Numbered from the stretch's first letter, positions 1 to 14,439 are shown. The stretch is DNA of 64,000 nucleotides from Octopus sinensis (GCF_006345805.1 NC_043000.1:118110001-118174000), one strand, 5' to 3'. Notes: a model not told the origin generated them from the sequence alone. Made by a program: numbers and translations.

Positions 1-644
1 AATATACGTGTGTATGTGTGACTTTGTGTTTGTGAGTGTTTGTATTAGTTCGTGCGAGAATATTTATGCCTATGTATATGAGTCCGTTTGTTCGTGAAGG
101 TTTCAGATTTTCTTTGTTTATGTTTTTGTTGCTGCCAAATCACACTATTCAATTTTTCTTCTTTATGTGTTTCATTGCTGTTACTGGAACCTTCTATAAA
201 AGTATTTCTAGCTCCAGCGTATTTAAAGTCTCACCATAGAAATAACCACCCATAAATAGTGGACGTTGTATGTACGTGTATCATGATTGCTTTTAGTTAT
301 TGTGTGTTGTTTGTAACTAGATAAACGGTAATAATGGTAGAGTTTTAGTTTGATCTCAAAGGATTGTTCTCTGTTTCGAAAGATATTATGTGCTGTGAGC
401 AAATGAAAGATTAGATGTTTAGTTTCCATGCGGGCTTTCAGTACAGTGTTGCCGGCTGTCTCCAGAGGGTTCATATTGATATCTGTATTATGTTCTGAGA
501 AGTGAATTTATTGCTGTACCGGTTTGATTTGTTGCAACAGCGTACCTCATAGTATGTGTGTATGTGTGTGTGTATGTCTAAATATATATGCGTGTGGTGT
601 GTGTGAGTATGTGTGTATGTGTATATATATATATATATATATAG

Positions 645-676
<32 letters not shown>

Positions 677-678
677 TA

Positions 679-722
<44 letters not shown>

Positions 723-762
723 TATCAAATGAGTGGCTGAGTGGTAAGCAGGCGTGTAAGCA

Positions 763-1172
763 GACGTAGGAGTGACTGTATGGTGAGTAGCTTGCTTACA
801 AACCACATGATTCCGGGTTCAGTCCCACTGCATGGCACCTTGGGCAAGTGTCATCTACTATGGCCTCGGGCCAACCAAAGCCTTGTGAGTGGATTTTGTA
901 GACGGAAACTGACCTAAAGAAGCCCGACGTATATATATGTATATATATGTGTGTGTATATGTTTGTGTGTCTGTGTTTGTCCCCCATAACATCACTTGAC
1001 AACCGATGCTGGTGTGTTTACCTCACCGTAACTTAGCGGTTCGGTAAAAGAGACCGATAGAATAAGTACTAGGCTTACAAAAAATAAGTCCTGGGGTCGA
1101 TTTGCTCGACTAAAGGCGGTGCTCCAGCGTGGCCACAGTCAAATGCCTGAAACAAGTAAAAGAGTAAAAGAG
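763..1172 (+). mobile_element. tRNA-derived SINE, family A (near full length)
   Basis: Head GGAGTGACTGTATGGTGAGTAGCTTGC with B-box-like GGGTTCAGTCCC, internal (TA)/(TG) run, tail ...CCAGCGTGGCCACAGTCAAATGCCTGAAACAAGTAAAAGAGTAAAAGAG. The same sequence recurs many times in the window. Confidence 0.85.
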
Positions 1173-1500
1173 CGAGTCCAGTTTCCATGGCGGTGGTTTG
1201 GCGGGATTATCAGGACACCGGACAATATGCTTTGCGATATCTGTTCCGGTCGATTGCATTTTATGTCTCAAGGCTGTCGGTATACTTTGTTACCCGGTTT
1301 AACATCGCTATTTGTTGCGAAGCATTTGAAATATAATGATAGCCTCCATTTTCCTTCCTCACGCAAGTTACCTCGAGATCTGTCCTGAGAAATAACGAGT
1401 CATAGCAGCTGACCTTCCCTCCTCGACTAATTCGTAAGCAAAGCTTGATGCTCAGCTAAGAAGAATCGCGAGACTACACATTTATGTAGGAACGTATTTG
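1172..1500 (-). mobile_element. Degenerate Tx1/L1-like LINE ORF2 3' fragment (zinc-binding region)
   Basis: Minus-strand translation across frameshifts gives ELVEEGRS...KVYRQ...HIVRCPD, resembling the zf-RVT region of L1/Tx1 ORF2. Recognised by eye only. Confidence 0.45.
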
Positions 1501-1511
1501 TGTCTGTATAC

Positions 1512-1977
<466 letters not shown>

Positions 1978-2003
1978 TATATATATATATATATATATAT
2001 ATG

Positions 2004-2076
<73 letters not shown>

Positions 2077-2097
2077 AATATTCTTTTATTCAATTAT

Positions 2098-2138
<41 letters not shown>

Positions 2139-2246
2139 GTGTGTATGTGTAGCTATCTATAACTGTCTCTCTATCTACAAAGTAACCTAATCACCTGTGT
2201 ACTTGACTATCTATTATTACTTTTATTATTATTATTATTATTATTA

Positions 2247-2283
<37 letters not shown>

Positions 2284-2839
2284 GAGTGAGAGAGCGAGCA
2301 GTGCATGCCATCAAAGTGACACTGGGGTCAAATTTACGAAGCCCAGTATACCCATCATGACTACCTGTCTGATAAGGGTATACTAGGCACATGCATAACA
2401 ACCATGTGTGCGACATGGTGATCTAATGTCAAGATAAACAGCACATGACCTTGTAGGTGGGTCCCAGTTAGAATTTTCTTCTGGTCGAGTAACCCATCCC
2501 GCTCAAAAGGTCCCTGAATAAGGGTTGTTTAAGGATGTTGAATGAAACACCCATGTTTCTAGAGTTGAATCATTCAAACCCCAAAGAATCCCTCTCAACA
2601 CATGGCTATGATGCTCCCCCACTACTTGTGCTCATGATCAGAGATGCACATATGGTCAGCCACTAAGGGACATGGTCAACTGGTTAAGGTCTAACAACTG
2701 ACAAGCAAATCTGTGGTATTGAGCAGAATATTTGCTGTAGCCCATCTTTTATACCAAGACAAAACAATGTACATGATAACACTTCCAATCAGTTAAGATC
2801 AGAAGCCATGAGAGCCACTGCCTGATACTGCATCAGGGC

Positions 2840-2841
<2 letters not shown>
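2284..2841 (+). mobile_element. ~560-bp (ATT)n-flanked retroelement-like repeat, family E (full length)
   Basis: GAGTGAGAGAGC...CTGCATCAGGGCAT flanked by (ATT)n on both sides; other copies at 6754-6808, 9852-10046, 13333-13813, 13823-14310 and 43817-43871. Confidence 0.8.
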
Positions 2842-2912
<71 letters not shown>

Positions 2913-4181
2913 TTTATAAAAGTATATAAATATCTGCATCTATGCATTTCTGGAAGCTTTTGATTGACTTTATTAAAGAAGTAACATTTATGTCTTAGAT
3001 AATCACAGATGTGCTTTGATTTTATTTATTTTTGTCCCTCCATCTATACCTAGTTGATTATTATGAAGACGTTCTCCAATACAGAAACACGCGTGTCAGT
3101 ATAAACAAGCTTGTGTTTATATAGTTTCAAGGGCTAAAATATTGCGAGGAATGCTAAGTGGATATGTAAATTAGCCTTTGATTATTCCTGCATTTCGTTG
3201 AAAAGAACTGAGAGGAACGAAACTGAAGAGAAACAACTGTGTGTTTTACTCTTCGTATGTAAACAGCTGTAATCTGGATTGTGTTCATAATATCGGGAAT
3301 GCGCAACACTGGCGCATTTTGCCTCGCATTTAAATCTGAAAACAAGTCGTAAATGGATACCATATGGAATATCAGTTGCCGGGCTGCCTTAGCAATGAAA
3401 TACTGCCCAAGAGATTTAGAAGGCGGTCTTAAAGCTTTTATTTCGGCTTATATACATACGAAATGTGTGGTCTGTCATCATAAAGTGTGTTCATTGTTTC
3501 TTCTAACTTACGATTTTGCTGAGATATATTGAATCTTGGGCAAGCATAAATCAACCTTGCATTCTCCAAGCTATATCTGATCCCCAAGTTATTTATTCAA
3601 ATTATTGAATACATCTGATCTGAGTTTTTCGATTTCTATTTTGTATTAATAAATGGAAATTCTCTTTCGAAGTTTGGACGTTTATATGACATCATTAAAT
3701 CAACGTTTTTCTTCTCCCACCTACCCAAAACGTTGATAAAGGATGTTTTTGTTAAGTTCTAGTTCTTCTATAATCCACCTGGCTCTAAACACCCAGATTC
3801 GTGTAATATAATACTAAAAACTAAAACTGAAAGATAAAAGCCTTCTATTATTAAGCATTATAAAGTACATTCATTTGTTTTTTTATGGTTCTTAAACTTT
3901 TTTCTTTTTGTTTTCCTATCTTACTGGGGAAAAAAATAAACCATTTGTCAGGAAGATGCTTAAAAGTAAATAGTAATTTTTTAATATCATCAATTCAACT
4001 TCAATATAGACAATTTCCTTTAAGATTTCTCAATAAAATGGGACATCATTATGTGTGGTTTGGAACCCCACGACGGATGTTTACAGATAAACGGAAGTGT
4101 ACACCCACAAAAAGAAACTGAGTTAAGCTACTTTGAAAAATAAGACCACCACCTATAGTCACTGATGAATCTACCAAGGCC

Positions 4182-4232
<51 letters not shown>

Positions 4233-4484
4233 GATATTACTACCACTGCTGTTATAACTGATAAAGTAAATTATTTTTAATGACTGTAGACTTTCCTAAC
4301 GACTGGGTTCTTACCAAAAGTTAATAGGTTCAAAATTACTCAGATATTGTTCCTATGTTGTAAAACATAAATGTTATCGAATGATAAATAAAAATAATTA
4401 CTACTTGTGATTCTGTTACATATGAAGATTTAAATATCAAGGATGTATAAAAAATTATTTATCATCATCTGCCATATTATTTTT

Positions 4485-4661
4485 ACTTGACTGCGGCCAT
4501 GCTGGAGCATCGCCTTTAGTCGAACAAAGTCGACCCCAGGACTTATTCTTTGTAAGCCTGGTACTTATTCTATCGGCCTCATTTGCCGAACCGTTAAGTT
4601 ACGGGAACGTAAAGCTACCAACATCGGTTGTTAAGCGATGGTGGGGGAGAAACACAGACAC

Positions 4662-4752
<91 letters not shown>

Positions 4753-5045
4753 GCTATATGATACAGAAAAGAGACAACAAAACATCCAGACAGACGATAC
4801 AAAAAAAGGCAAGGATGAGTCATTCAAATTTTTCTTTCTTCAGTCGATTTCCAGATTATCTTTGCAATTTCGGTTGGTTATACTCGAGATTGCTCCAATC
4901 TGGCCCGCCCCATATGTCTGCGTGTGTACGACGGGCTTCTTTCAGTTTCCGTTTACCAAATCCACTTACAAGGCTTTGGTCAGCCGAGGCTATAGTAGAA
5001 GACACTTGCCCAAGGTGCCCCGCAGTGGGACTGAACCCGGAACCA
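4485..5045 (-). mobile_element. Family A SINE (minus strand, split by (TA)n and an insert)
   Basis: Reverse-complement tail at ~4485-4660 and head portion at ~4905-5045 match family A. Confidence 0.75.
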
Positions 5046-5929
5046 TCTCCTAACACAGATATTGCTATTACTTAAGTTGAAGACGATAAATTCCTTAAAA
5101 TTAAGCACAAGGATCACAGATTCTCCTCTACACTTTTGTAAAATGGAATATAGAGTCTATTTAATCATCGGAAATATATCAACTCAGCTGTAGAAATGAG
5201 TTGCGACGTCACAGGTGCCAAGCTGTATCGGCCTTTGCCTTTCCCTTGGATAACATCGGTGTCGTGTAGAGGGGAGACCGGTATACTGGTCTTCCATAAA
5301 CAACCTTGCCCGGACTTGTGCATGGGAGGATAACTTTCTAAGTACAATCCCACGGTCAGTTATGAATGAAGGGGGTCTCAGCATATCAACTTGTATGGTA
5401 TCTGAATGGATGGAAGGCAAGACTCAATTTTCTCGATGCTGTTACGATGTAAATTTGCGATTAAACAATGAGAGACAGTACATTAACAGAAATATACTTC
5501 ATCGCTAAAGTGTCCGGCGTTTCAATATCAGTGTAGCTGCTCGAGTATGAAACGTTTTGGCGCAGCTGTTTTGCTCCCGCCTATTCAGCGTCGTTGATTT
5601 GGCGCTGACTTGTTTGGTATCAAACGTTTTAATGCTTCTCTCGTTCCCTTTCTTGCACTTTCACTTTCACTTTCTCTCCCCTCTCTCTCTCTCCCTCTTT
5701 CTGATTATGTGTGTGATGAGCAGGGATGGTGTTTATGTTATTCTTGCTCAATTAATAAATCATGTCTTTCTCTCTCTCTCTCTCTCACTCTCTCTCTCTC
5801 TCTCTCACCTCTCCATCACTTTATTTGTATGTGTATATTTCTTCTGTCTGCTTGAGTTTCTGTGTGAGCGTGTGCTTATCACTAAATTTGTGTTGTGTTT
5901 TATGGACTGTGGCCATGCTGGGCCACTAC

Positions 5930-6630
5930 TTTTAAGGGTTTAGTCGAACAGCTGGTACCTTTTTTATCAACCCCGAAAGGACGAAATGCAAGCACGACCT
6001 CGGCGGAATTTGAACTCAGAACGTTAAAACAGACATAGGAATAGTTCCAAATTTTGGCACAACAGTTTTTTCAGGGGAGGGAAAAGTTGATGTAATCGAC
6101 TTCCTTCCCGCCCCATTACTTGACTGGGTACTTTATTTCATCGACCTTGAAAAGATGAAAGGCAAAGATGACATCAGCGGAATTTGGGCTCAGAATGTAA
6201 AGACGAAGACGATGCCTACGATTCTGCCAGCTCACCTTCTTACATCTGCAATTAATAATCCTTTTTACTATAGGCACAAGGCCTGAAATTTTTAGGGAGG
6301 CGGCCAGTCGATCATATCAACCCCAGCACGCAACTGATATTTAATTTATCGATCCCAAACAGATGAATGGCAGAGTCGACCTCGGCAGAATTTGAACACA
6401 GAACCTAATGCCGCTAAGCATTTTGCCCAGCGTGCTAAACATAGAGGGGACAAACAAGGACAGACAAAGGGATTAAGTCTATTACATCGACCCCAGTGCG
6501 TAACTGGTATTTAATTTATCGACCCCGAAAGGAGGAAAAGCAGAGTTGACCTTGGCGGAATTTGAACTCTAAAGACGGACGAAATACCGCTAAGCATTTT
6601 GTCTAGCGTGCTAACGATTCTGCCAGCACA
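5930..6630 (-). mobile_element. Cluster of family B SINE fragments
   Basis: Four partial copies carrying CCCCGAAAGGATGAAAGGCAAAGTCGACCTCGGCGGAATTTGAACTCAGAACG-like sequence. Confidence 0.75.
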
Positions 6631-6944
6631 CCTACAATTGATAATAAATACATTTAAAAAGCAAACACGAAAGGACAGAAAAACCAATGCGTCATGTCTT
6701 CATATTCTTCTACAAGTGTCTCTGACAGAGTTCACCACTTGACATACAACAATAATCAGTTAAGATCGGGAGCCATGAGAGCCACTGCCTGGTACTGCAT
6801 CAGAGCATTTATTATTATTATTATTATTATTGCTTCATCCATAAAGTGAATTGTCTCACACTAGTAAAACCGAAATTATTCAGCGAAATTAAACTGCTTT
6901 TAAAACTTTGTAGTTCGTGCTTCCAATACTATAACGTCGTTCAT

Positions 6945-7082
6945 TTTATATATATATATATATACGCAAATACATACACTCACACATGTATGTATATATA
7001 TATATATATAATATATATATACATATGCGCATATATATGTATGTGTGTGTCTGTATATATATACGCATATGTATATATATAT

Positions 7083-7130
<48 letters not shown>

Positions 7131-7335
7131 CATATATATACATGTATATATACATATATATACATGTATATATACATATATATACATGTATATATACATA
7201 TATATACATATATATACATATATATACATACATATATATATATATATACATATATATACACATATGTATGTCTGTCAGTGCGTGTGTATGAATGTGTGTG
7301 TGTGTATGTATGTATGTTTGTATGTTTGTGTGTGT
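6945..7335. repeat. Compound (TA)n/(TATACA)n/(TG)n microsatellite
   Basis: Directly visible; source of the spurious YIYI ORFs. Confidence 0.95.
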
Positions 7336-7672
7336 GTATTATTAAACATTATGTTATGACAGGTCAGCTGATTGCCTTCAACAACGTACATTGGTTGTGC
7401 CGAAAGTAATAGAAGTTACATAGTGCAATGGAATCATGCGTTGTTAATATGTCTAACAGATTTCTCGCATTGCCTTCACTATAAAGGCAGGGCGAGCAGA
7501 CAGACAGGCACACAGCCAGTGCACTCCATATGGCTAACTTCCACAGTGAGACCTCCCAGTGAGAAAAAGTTGTGGCAGGTCAGTAACGCTAGCTGTACTT
7601 AAATGTTTGCGGTGAGGTGAAGGCAGGCAGCGTGATTAGATGATTGCAAAAAGGAAAATACATAACAGATAA

Positions 7673-7674
<2 letters not shown>

Positions 7675-7739
<65 letters not shown>

Positions 7740-8496
7740 GTAATGATAATAATAATAATGATAATGAAATGAAAAGAAGTTTTAAATATATTTAAGAAGA
7801 AACAGAAAGGAATGGAAATTGTAAAGAAATTAGAGCGAGATAACGAGAAGCGAAAAATAACAAGGAAGTTTTGGGCATGGAAAAGATACGGGAAGTGAAT
7901 ATACAAACATACACATTGTTAAATAGACAGAGGTTGTGTTTAGAAGGGCAAGTGGTGAAGTGTAACGATTGTTCAGAAAACGGTACGCGATCAAGCTTAA
8001 TTTTTTTTTTAATATTTTTTACTTGTTGTAATCATTGGTCTGCGGCTATGCTGGGGCACCACCTTGGAGGATGTAGTCGAAGAAATCTACCGCAGTTTTT
8101 ATTTGATTTTTTTTTAAGCTTTATACTTATATTTTTGAGGAATTATTTTATTATTATTATTTTTTTTTTTTTTTTTGTGAACTGCCAAATTACGAGAATG
8201 TAAATAAACCAGCACCGGCTGGGTAGCAGTACTGGAAATAAACACGAACATAAAGGCACACACATATGTATGTGTGGCTTCATTCGAAACCTACAACAAT
8301 GCAAGGAAGCGCATTGTGACCAGCGCTGTATAACAACCTCCAATAGTCTGGTCGATACAGTGATATATATATATACATATATATATATATATGTTATATA
8401 TATATACATAGCTGCCGAGTAGCCTATACAGCAAAGCACTTTATAGGTGCAAAAGCAATGGATACTTTCTGGCATGCCAAAACAATCAGCCTCCTT

Positions 8497-8543
<47 letters not shown>

Positions 8544-8767
8544 TGTGTGTGTGTGTGCACCGGGCCTCTTTCAGTTTCCGTTTGCCAAATCCACTCACAA
8601 GATTTTGGCCGGCCCGGGAAAACAATCTGTGCATCTGTACCGTGCAGTGGGGATGAACACAAGACTACGTGGTTGGGAAGCATGCTTTTCAACCACAAAG
8701 ATACGCCTGTACCCAACGTTGTTGTTTTAGTTGTTCGGTCACAGGTCAGCACAGATTAATAATAATA

Positions 8768-8805
<38 letters not shown>

Positions 8806-9441
8806 GTAATGATAATAATAATAATGATAATGAAATGAAAAGAAGTTTTAAATATATTTAAGAAGAAACAGAAAGGAATGGAAATTGTAAAGAAATTAGA
8901 GCGAGATAACGAGAAGCGAAAAATAACAAGGAAGTTTTGGGCATGGAAAAGATACGGGAAGTGAATATACAAACATACACATTGTTAAATAGACAGAGGT
9001 TGTGTTTAGAAGGGCAAGTGGTGAAGTGTAACGATTGTTCAGAAAACGGTACGCGATCAAGCTTATTTTTTTTTTATATTTTTTACTTGTTGTAATCATT
9101 GGTCTGCGGCTATGCTGGGGCACCACCTTGGAGGATGTAGTCGAAGAAATCTACCGCAGTTTTTATTTGATTTTTTTTTAAGCTTTATACTTATATTTTT
9201 GAGGAATTATTTTATTATTATTATTTTTTTTTTTTTTTTTTGTGAACTGCCAAATTACGAGAATGTAAATAAACCAGCACCGGCTGGGTAGCAGTACTGG
9301 AAATAAACACGAACATAAAGGCACACACATATGTATGTGTGGCTTCATTCGAAACCTACAACAATGCAAGGAAGCGCATTGTGACCAGCGCTGTATAACA
9401 ACCTCCAATAGTCTGGTCGATACAGTGATATATATATATAC

Positions 9442-9472
<31 letters not shown>

Positions 9473-9562
9473 CATAGCTGCCGAGTAGCCTATACAGCAA
9501 AGCACTTTATAGGTGCAAAAGCAATGGATACTTTCTGGCATGCCAAAACAATCAGCCTCCTT

Positions 9563-9617
<55 letters not shown>

Positions 9618-9813
9618 ACCGGGCCTCTTTCAGTTTCCGTTTGCCAAATCCACTCACAAGATTTTGGCCGGCCCGGGAAAACAATCTGTGCATCTGTACC
9701 GTGCAGTGGGGATGAACACAAGACTACGTGGTTGGGAAGCATGCTTTTCAACCACAAAGATACGCCTGTACCCAACGTTGTTGTTTTAGTTGTTCGGTCA
9801 CAGGTCAGCACAG

Positions 9814-9850
<37 letters not shown>
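7675..9850. repeat. Near-identical ~1.06-kb tandem duplication bounded by (AAT)n
   Basis: GAAAAGAAGT at 7771 and 8837; ACAGATTAAT at 8751 and 9810; the units differ mainly in microsatellite length. Confidence 0.9.
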
Positions 9851-9853
<3 letters not shown>

Positions 9854-10270
9854 GCCCTGATGCAGTACCAGGCAGTGGCTCTCATGGCTCCCGATCTTAA
9901 CTGATTGGAAGTGTTATCATGTACATTGTTTTGTCTTGGTATAAAAGATGGGCTACAGCAAATATTCTGCTCAATACCACAGATTTGCTTGTTAGTTGTT
10001 TGACCGTAACCAGTTAGTGGCTGACGGTATGTGCATCTCTGATCACTGGTTAGCATTCTTGTTTTCAAACATACTTTGTTTTATCTCGGGTGGGTCATTA
10101 AGTATTTCAGGAGAGAAACCTGAACTAGACTTGGAATAGAGAGAGCTTCTCATTGATGAGGTCTTAGAAAGTTAAAGAAGGGATTTTAAATTCTCAAACG
10201 CAGGATAATGCTAATAATATAGCCCGAACAGGATAAGCTACCCATATTTTGCAGAAAAAAATGTGTTGGC

Positions 10271-10346
10271 GGCCGGCTATGAGACTCGAACTCATACCTC
10301 CGTGATTACGTGTCGCGGTGCTCTGAACCAATTATGCTAAACCGCC
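10271..10346 (-). pseudogene. tRNA-like sequence (Thr-CGT-like pseudogene or SINE head)
   Basis: Minus strand GGCGGTTTAGCATAATTGGTTCAGAGCACCGCGACACGTAATCACGGAGGTATGAGTTCGAGTCTCATAGCCGGCC: perfect T arm ATGAG-TTCGAGT-CTCAT, acceptor stem with one mismatch, anticodon loop CACGTAA, T-run shortly downstream. D and anticodon arms are imperfect. Confidence 0.6.
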
Positions 10347-10884
10347 CACACCACAAATACTTCTGCAAATTTAAGATATATAGAAATCTCGCTTTTTGAG
10401 ACGCTATCATACATTAAATTCAAATTACGATGAACGTAAACAAGCAAAAGATAAAAGATTAATTGACGGGTTAGCATTTGCAGTAATACTTGATTAGATC
10501 TGAGGATTAGGGGATTTAGTTGCTCTGAGCGAGTAAATTTGCTGATTTGCTTTAATTATGAATTTAAGATATTTAAATTTGAGAAGAAAACTTGAAGAAG
10601 CTTGGATTTGCAAGTGAAAAAGCTTTCTTTTATCTTTTAACTTATTAAGAGTTGACGGTCTTTATTGTGTTTGTATGGCAGGAGGGTCATCATACCAATG
10701 ATATCCACTTGAACCGGTTTATTTCACTTTTATTCTTTTATTCTTTTACTCGTTTCAGTCTTTTAAGTATGGCCATGCTGGAGCACAGCCTTTTTTAAAT
10801 TTTCAATTCCTTAAATATTTAACCAGTTCAACAATCGATTTTTTTATCATTACTCATTCGGTTGATCATTCAATAATGACCATC

Positions 10885-11290
10885 TGGCAGAATCGTTAGC
10901 ACGTTGGGCGAAATGCTGAGCGGTATTTCGTCTGCCGTTACGTTCTGAGTTCAAATTCCGCCGAGGTCGACTTTACCTTTCATCTTTCCGGGGTCGATTA
11001 AATAAGTACCAGTTACGCACTGGGGTCGATATAATCGACTTAATCCGTTTGTCTGTCCTTGTTTGTCCTCTCTGTGTTTAGCCCCTTGTGGGTAGTAAAG
11101 AAGTAGGTATTTCGTCTGCTGTTACGTTCTGAGTTCAAATTCCGCCTAGGTCGACTTTGCCTTTCATCTCCTTTCGGGGTTGATTAAATAAGTACCAGTT
11201 ACGGACTGGGGTCGATGTAATCGACTTAAACCCTTTGTCTGTCCTTGTTTGTCCCCTCTATGTTTTAGCTCTCTGTGGGCAATAAGGAAA
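10885..11290 (+). mobile_element. Family B SINE with internal duplication
   Basis: TGGCAGAATCGTTAGCACG head, GAGTTCAAATTCC B-box, TTTC(C)GGGGTCGATTAAATAAGTACCAG central domain (Deu/Nin-domain-like, tentative); body repeated twice. Confidence 0.8.
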
Positions 11291-11808
11291 TAAAATATGT
11301 TTCAACACACGGGTTCCCATTAAGAAACGTTGCAAACCACATAGAAACCATTTTTATACTTAATGCGTTGCTTACGGATTAATTTGATTTAGAAAAAGAA
11401 ACTGCTTGCTCTGGGATCTGTTTCGTATTAGTCCATATGCAAGTGAAATCACATATTTATATGCTATTCCTACTATTTTCATAGGCTTGTTTAAACGCAG
11501 TATTTAACATTTTTTCTATGTCAGTGGTTTTATGATGGTAGAAGTGTAAACTCAAATTACGGAACAAAACAGAGTAGGGTGGAACATTTTTGTATTTCTT
11601 TTTTTTTTTTTCAAAATTTGGCAGAGGTAATGGAACGGAAAAAAGTTTAGGAACTCCTGGATTTCATAGGGTCTTTTTAATAGTTTGATACTTCAATACT
11701 TCTGTATTGAGGGATTAAAATGTTGAGGAAGTTCTGGTAAGTTTCAATTCATTCGTATACTTGCGGGTACGGGGGGAGTGCATGTTTGTTTATGCATGGG
11801 TGTGTACG

Positions 11809-11809
<1 letters not shown>

Positions 11810-11866
<57 letters not shown>

Positions 11867-12065
11867 ATATATATATATATATTATATATATATACATACG
11901 TACGTACATATATATATACATATATGTGTACATATATATACATATATATTCATATATATATATACATATATATACATATATGTACATATATATACATATA
12001 CATCTATATGCATATATATATATACACACACACATATATATATACATATATATATATACATATAA

Positions 12066-12103
<38 letters not shown>

Positions 12104-12160
12104 ATACATAGATAGATAGACAGATAGATGATAATCATAATAATAATAATAATAATAATA
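11810..12160. repeat. Compound (CA)n/(TA)n/(GATA)n/(AAT)n microsatellite
   Basis: Directly visible. Confidence 0.95.
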
Positions 12161-13260
12161 GAAGTGAAATAGAACTAGTGCGTGTGCTTATTATTGGCAT
12201 TATAACCCTCAGCAGATACCATAATATATCTATATGTGTATAAATATATATGCACATGCACGTATAAAGGTGTATATTCACTCAGACACATACACACATG
12301 CGCACGCACGCATACACACGCGCACACACACATGCTCACACACACACGCACACATCTATATTAACTTTATCTTATACTGGTTTCTGCCACGGACTGTAGC
12401 AATGCTCGGGAACTGCCATTTCTGTGACTGCAAGATTATTTCGATCTCACCTCCCAGTCCTCCCTCTGGTTCTGGCAAAATAGTTATTTAGACACAACTT
12501 TACGATTTTGAGCTAAATGCCCTAACCACTTAGCCACGCGCCTGGCGCCTTCCTTAAATTTTATAGACGTTACACATATGTCTAGCCTCGATATGGAATA
12601 TAACTCATGGCAACGGAATCATTTCCTAGCAACGGAATCATTAAACTGACTGGAGTTTCGGTTATCTCTTAATCCCCGTGACAATTGCAGTGATACGTTC
12701 CAAAATTCCACATTCCACGAAATTCTAAGGAAAAATATCATATGTATGTTTGTGTATATGTATGTATGTATGTATGTATGTATGCATGCAAGTATGCATA
12801 TGTTTGCATGTATGTATGTATGTATGTGTGTATGTATGTATGTATGTATGCATGTGTGCGTTTGTTTGAGTGCACGAGTTAGTGCATGTATGTTTGTATG
12901 TATGCATGTGTGTGCTTGTGTGTATGTGAATATGTGTATGCGTGTGTGCGTATGTGAATGTACGTGAGTGGGTGTATATACTTGGGCATATGTGCGTGTG
13001 CTTATGCGTATGTATGTGAGTGTGTGTATGTAAGTGAGTAGGTGTGTGCATGTGCAAGTATGTTTTTGTGAGTGCGCGTGTGTTTGTGTATTTGTTTAAA
13101 CTTTACGTTGTATTAGAAATTTATTTAATATTCTGAAGCTTAAACTTGTAATCCAATCAGCATATTCGCATGAGTCGAAAAACATTCTTCATATAGCTAT
13201 GATCAGTTTGCCAAGGCAACAGAACAAATGTTGCCGAAACTTCTGCAGGAACAACGCCAA

Positions 13261-13332
<72 letters not shown>

Positions 13333-13333
<1 letters not shown>

Positions 13334-14310
13334 TGTTTTGTCTTGGTATAAAAGATGGGCTACAGCAAATATTCTGCTCAATACCACAGATTTGCTTGTC
13401 AGTTGTTTGACCTTAACCAGTTGAGCATGTCCCTTAGTGGCTGACAATATGTGCATCTCTGATCACGAGCAGAAGTAGTGGGGGAGCATCATAGCCATGT
13501 GTTGAGAGGGATTCTTTGGGGTTTAAATAATTCACCTCTGGAAACATGGGTGGTTCTTTCAACATCCTTAAACAACCCTTATTCAGGGACCTTTTGAGCG
13601 GGATGGGCTACTCAACCTGAAGAAAATTCTAACTGGGCCCCACCTGCAAGGTCATGCGCTGTTTATCTTGATATGAGATCACCATGTCGCGCACATATGG
13701 TTGTGATGCATGTGCTGGTGTACCCTTATCAGACGGGTAGTCATGATGGGTATATTGGGCTTCGTATATTTTACCCCAGTGTCACTTTGATGGCATGAAC
13801 TGCTCTCTCACTCAATAATAATTGCCCTGATGCAGTAACAGGCAGTAGCTCTCGTGGCTTCTGATCTTAACTGATTGGAAATGTTATGTACATTGTTTTG
13901 TCTTGGTATAAAAGATGGGCTACAGCAAATATTCTGCTTAATACCACAGATTTGCTTGTCAGTTGTTTGACCTTAACCAGTTGAGCAAGTCTCTTGGTGG
14001 CTGATGATATGCGTATTTCTGATCTCGAGCAGAAGTAGTTGGGGAGCATCATAGCCGTGTGTTGAAAGGACTTCTTGGAGGTTTGGATAATTCACCTTTG
14101 GAAACATCCTTAAACAATCCTTATTCAGGGACCTTTTGAGCGGGATGGGCTACTCGACCTGTAGAAAATTCTAACTGGGCTCCTTCCTGCAAGGTCATGT
14201 GTTGTTTATGAGATCACCATGTCACGCACATATGGTTGTGATGCATGTGCCTGGTGTACCCTTATCAGACGGGTAATCACGATGGGTATACTGGACTTCC
14301 TATATTTTAC
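13333..14310 (-). mobile_element. Tandem dimer of family E repeat joined by (AAT)3
   Basis: Copy 13333-13813, AATAATAAT at 13814-13822, copy 13823-14310; (AAT)n at 13261-13331. Confidence 0.8.
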
Positions 14311-14439
14311 GAAGCCCAGTTTATTTGCCAAACGTATGCTAAATAATTTGTTTTTGATACAGTTTTGTTTTTTTGCCTCGGAAACACTACAGCTTCCTGA
14401 ACCTTAGTTTAAAATTTTCTCATATGCATTAAGCTATAT

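Noticed and set aside
3154-3420. Unique coding-looking stretch considered as an upstream Hlx exon
   Set aside because: No homeodomain motif, and the plus frames I translated contain stops.
4155-4185. CUGAUGA near 4162, and similar isolated cores near 3224, 16598, 31763 and 32904
   Set aside because: No properly placed GAAA with supporting stems; the 32904 hit lies in LINE coding sequence.
12606-12642. Two RFX X-box-like half sites (CATGGCAAC, CCTAGCAAC) in a 19-bp tandem repeat
   Set aside because: Half sites only, and no conservation data are available.
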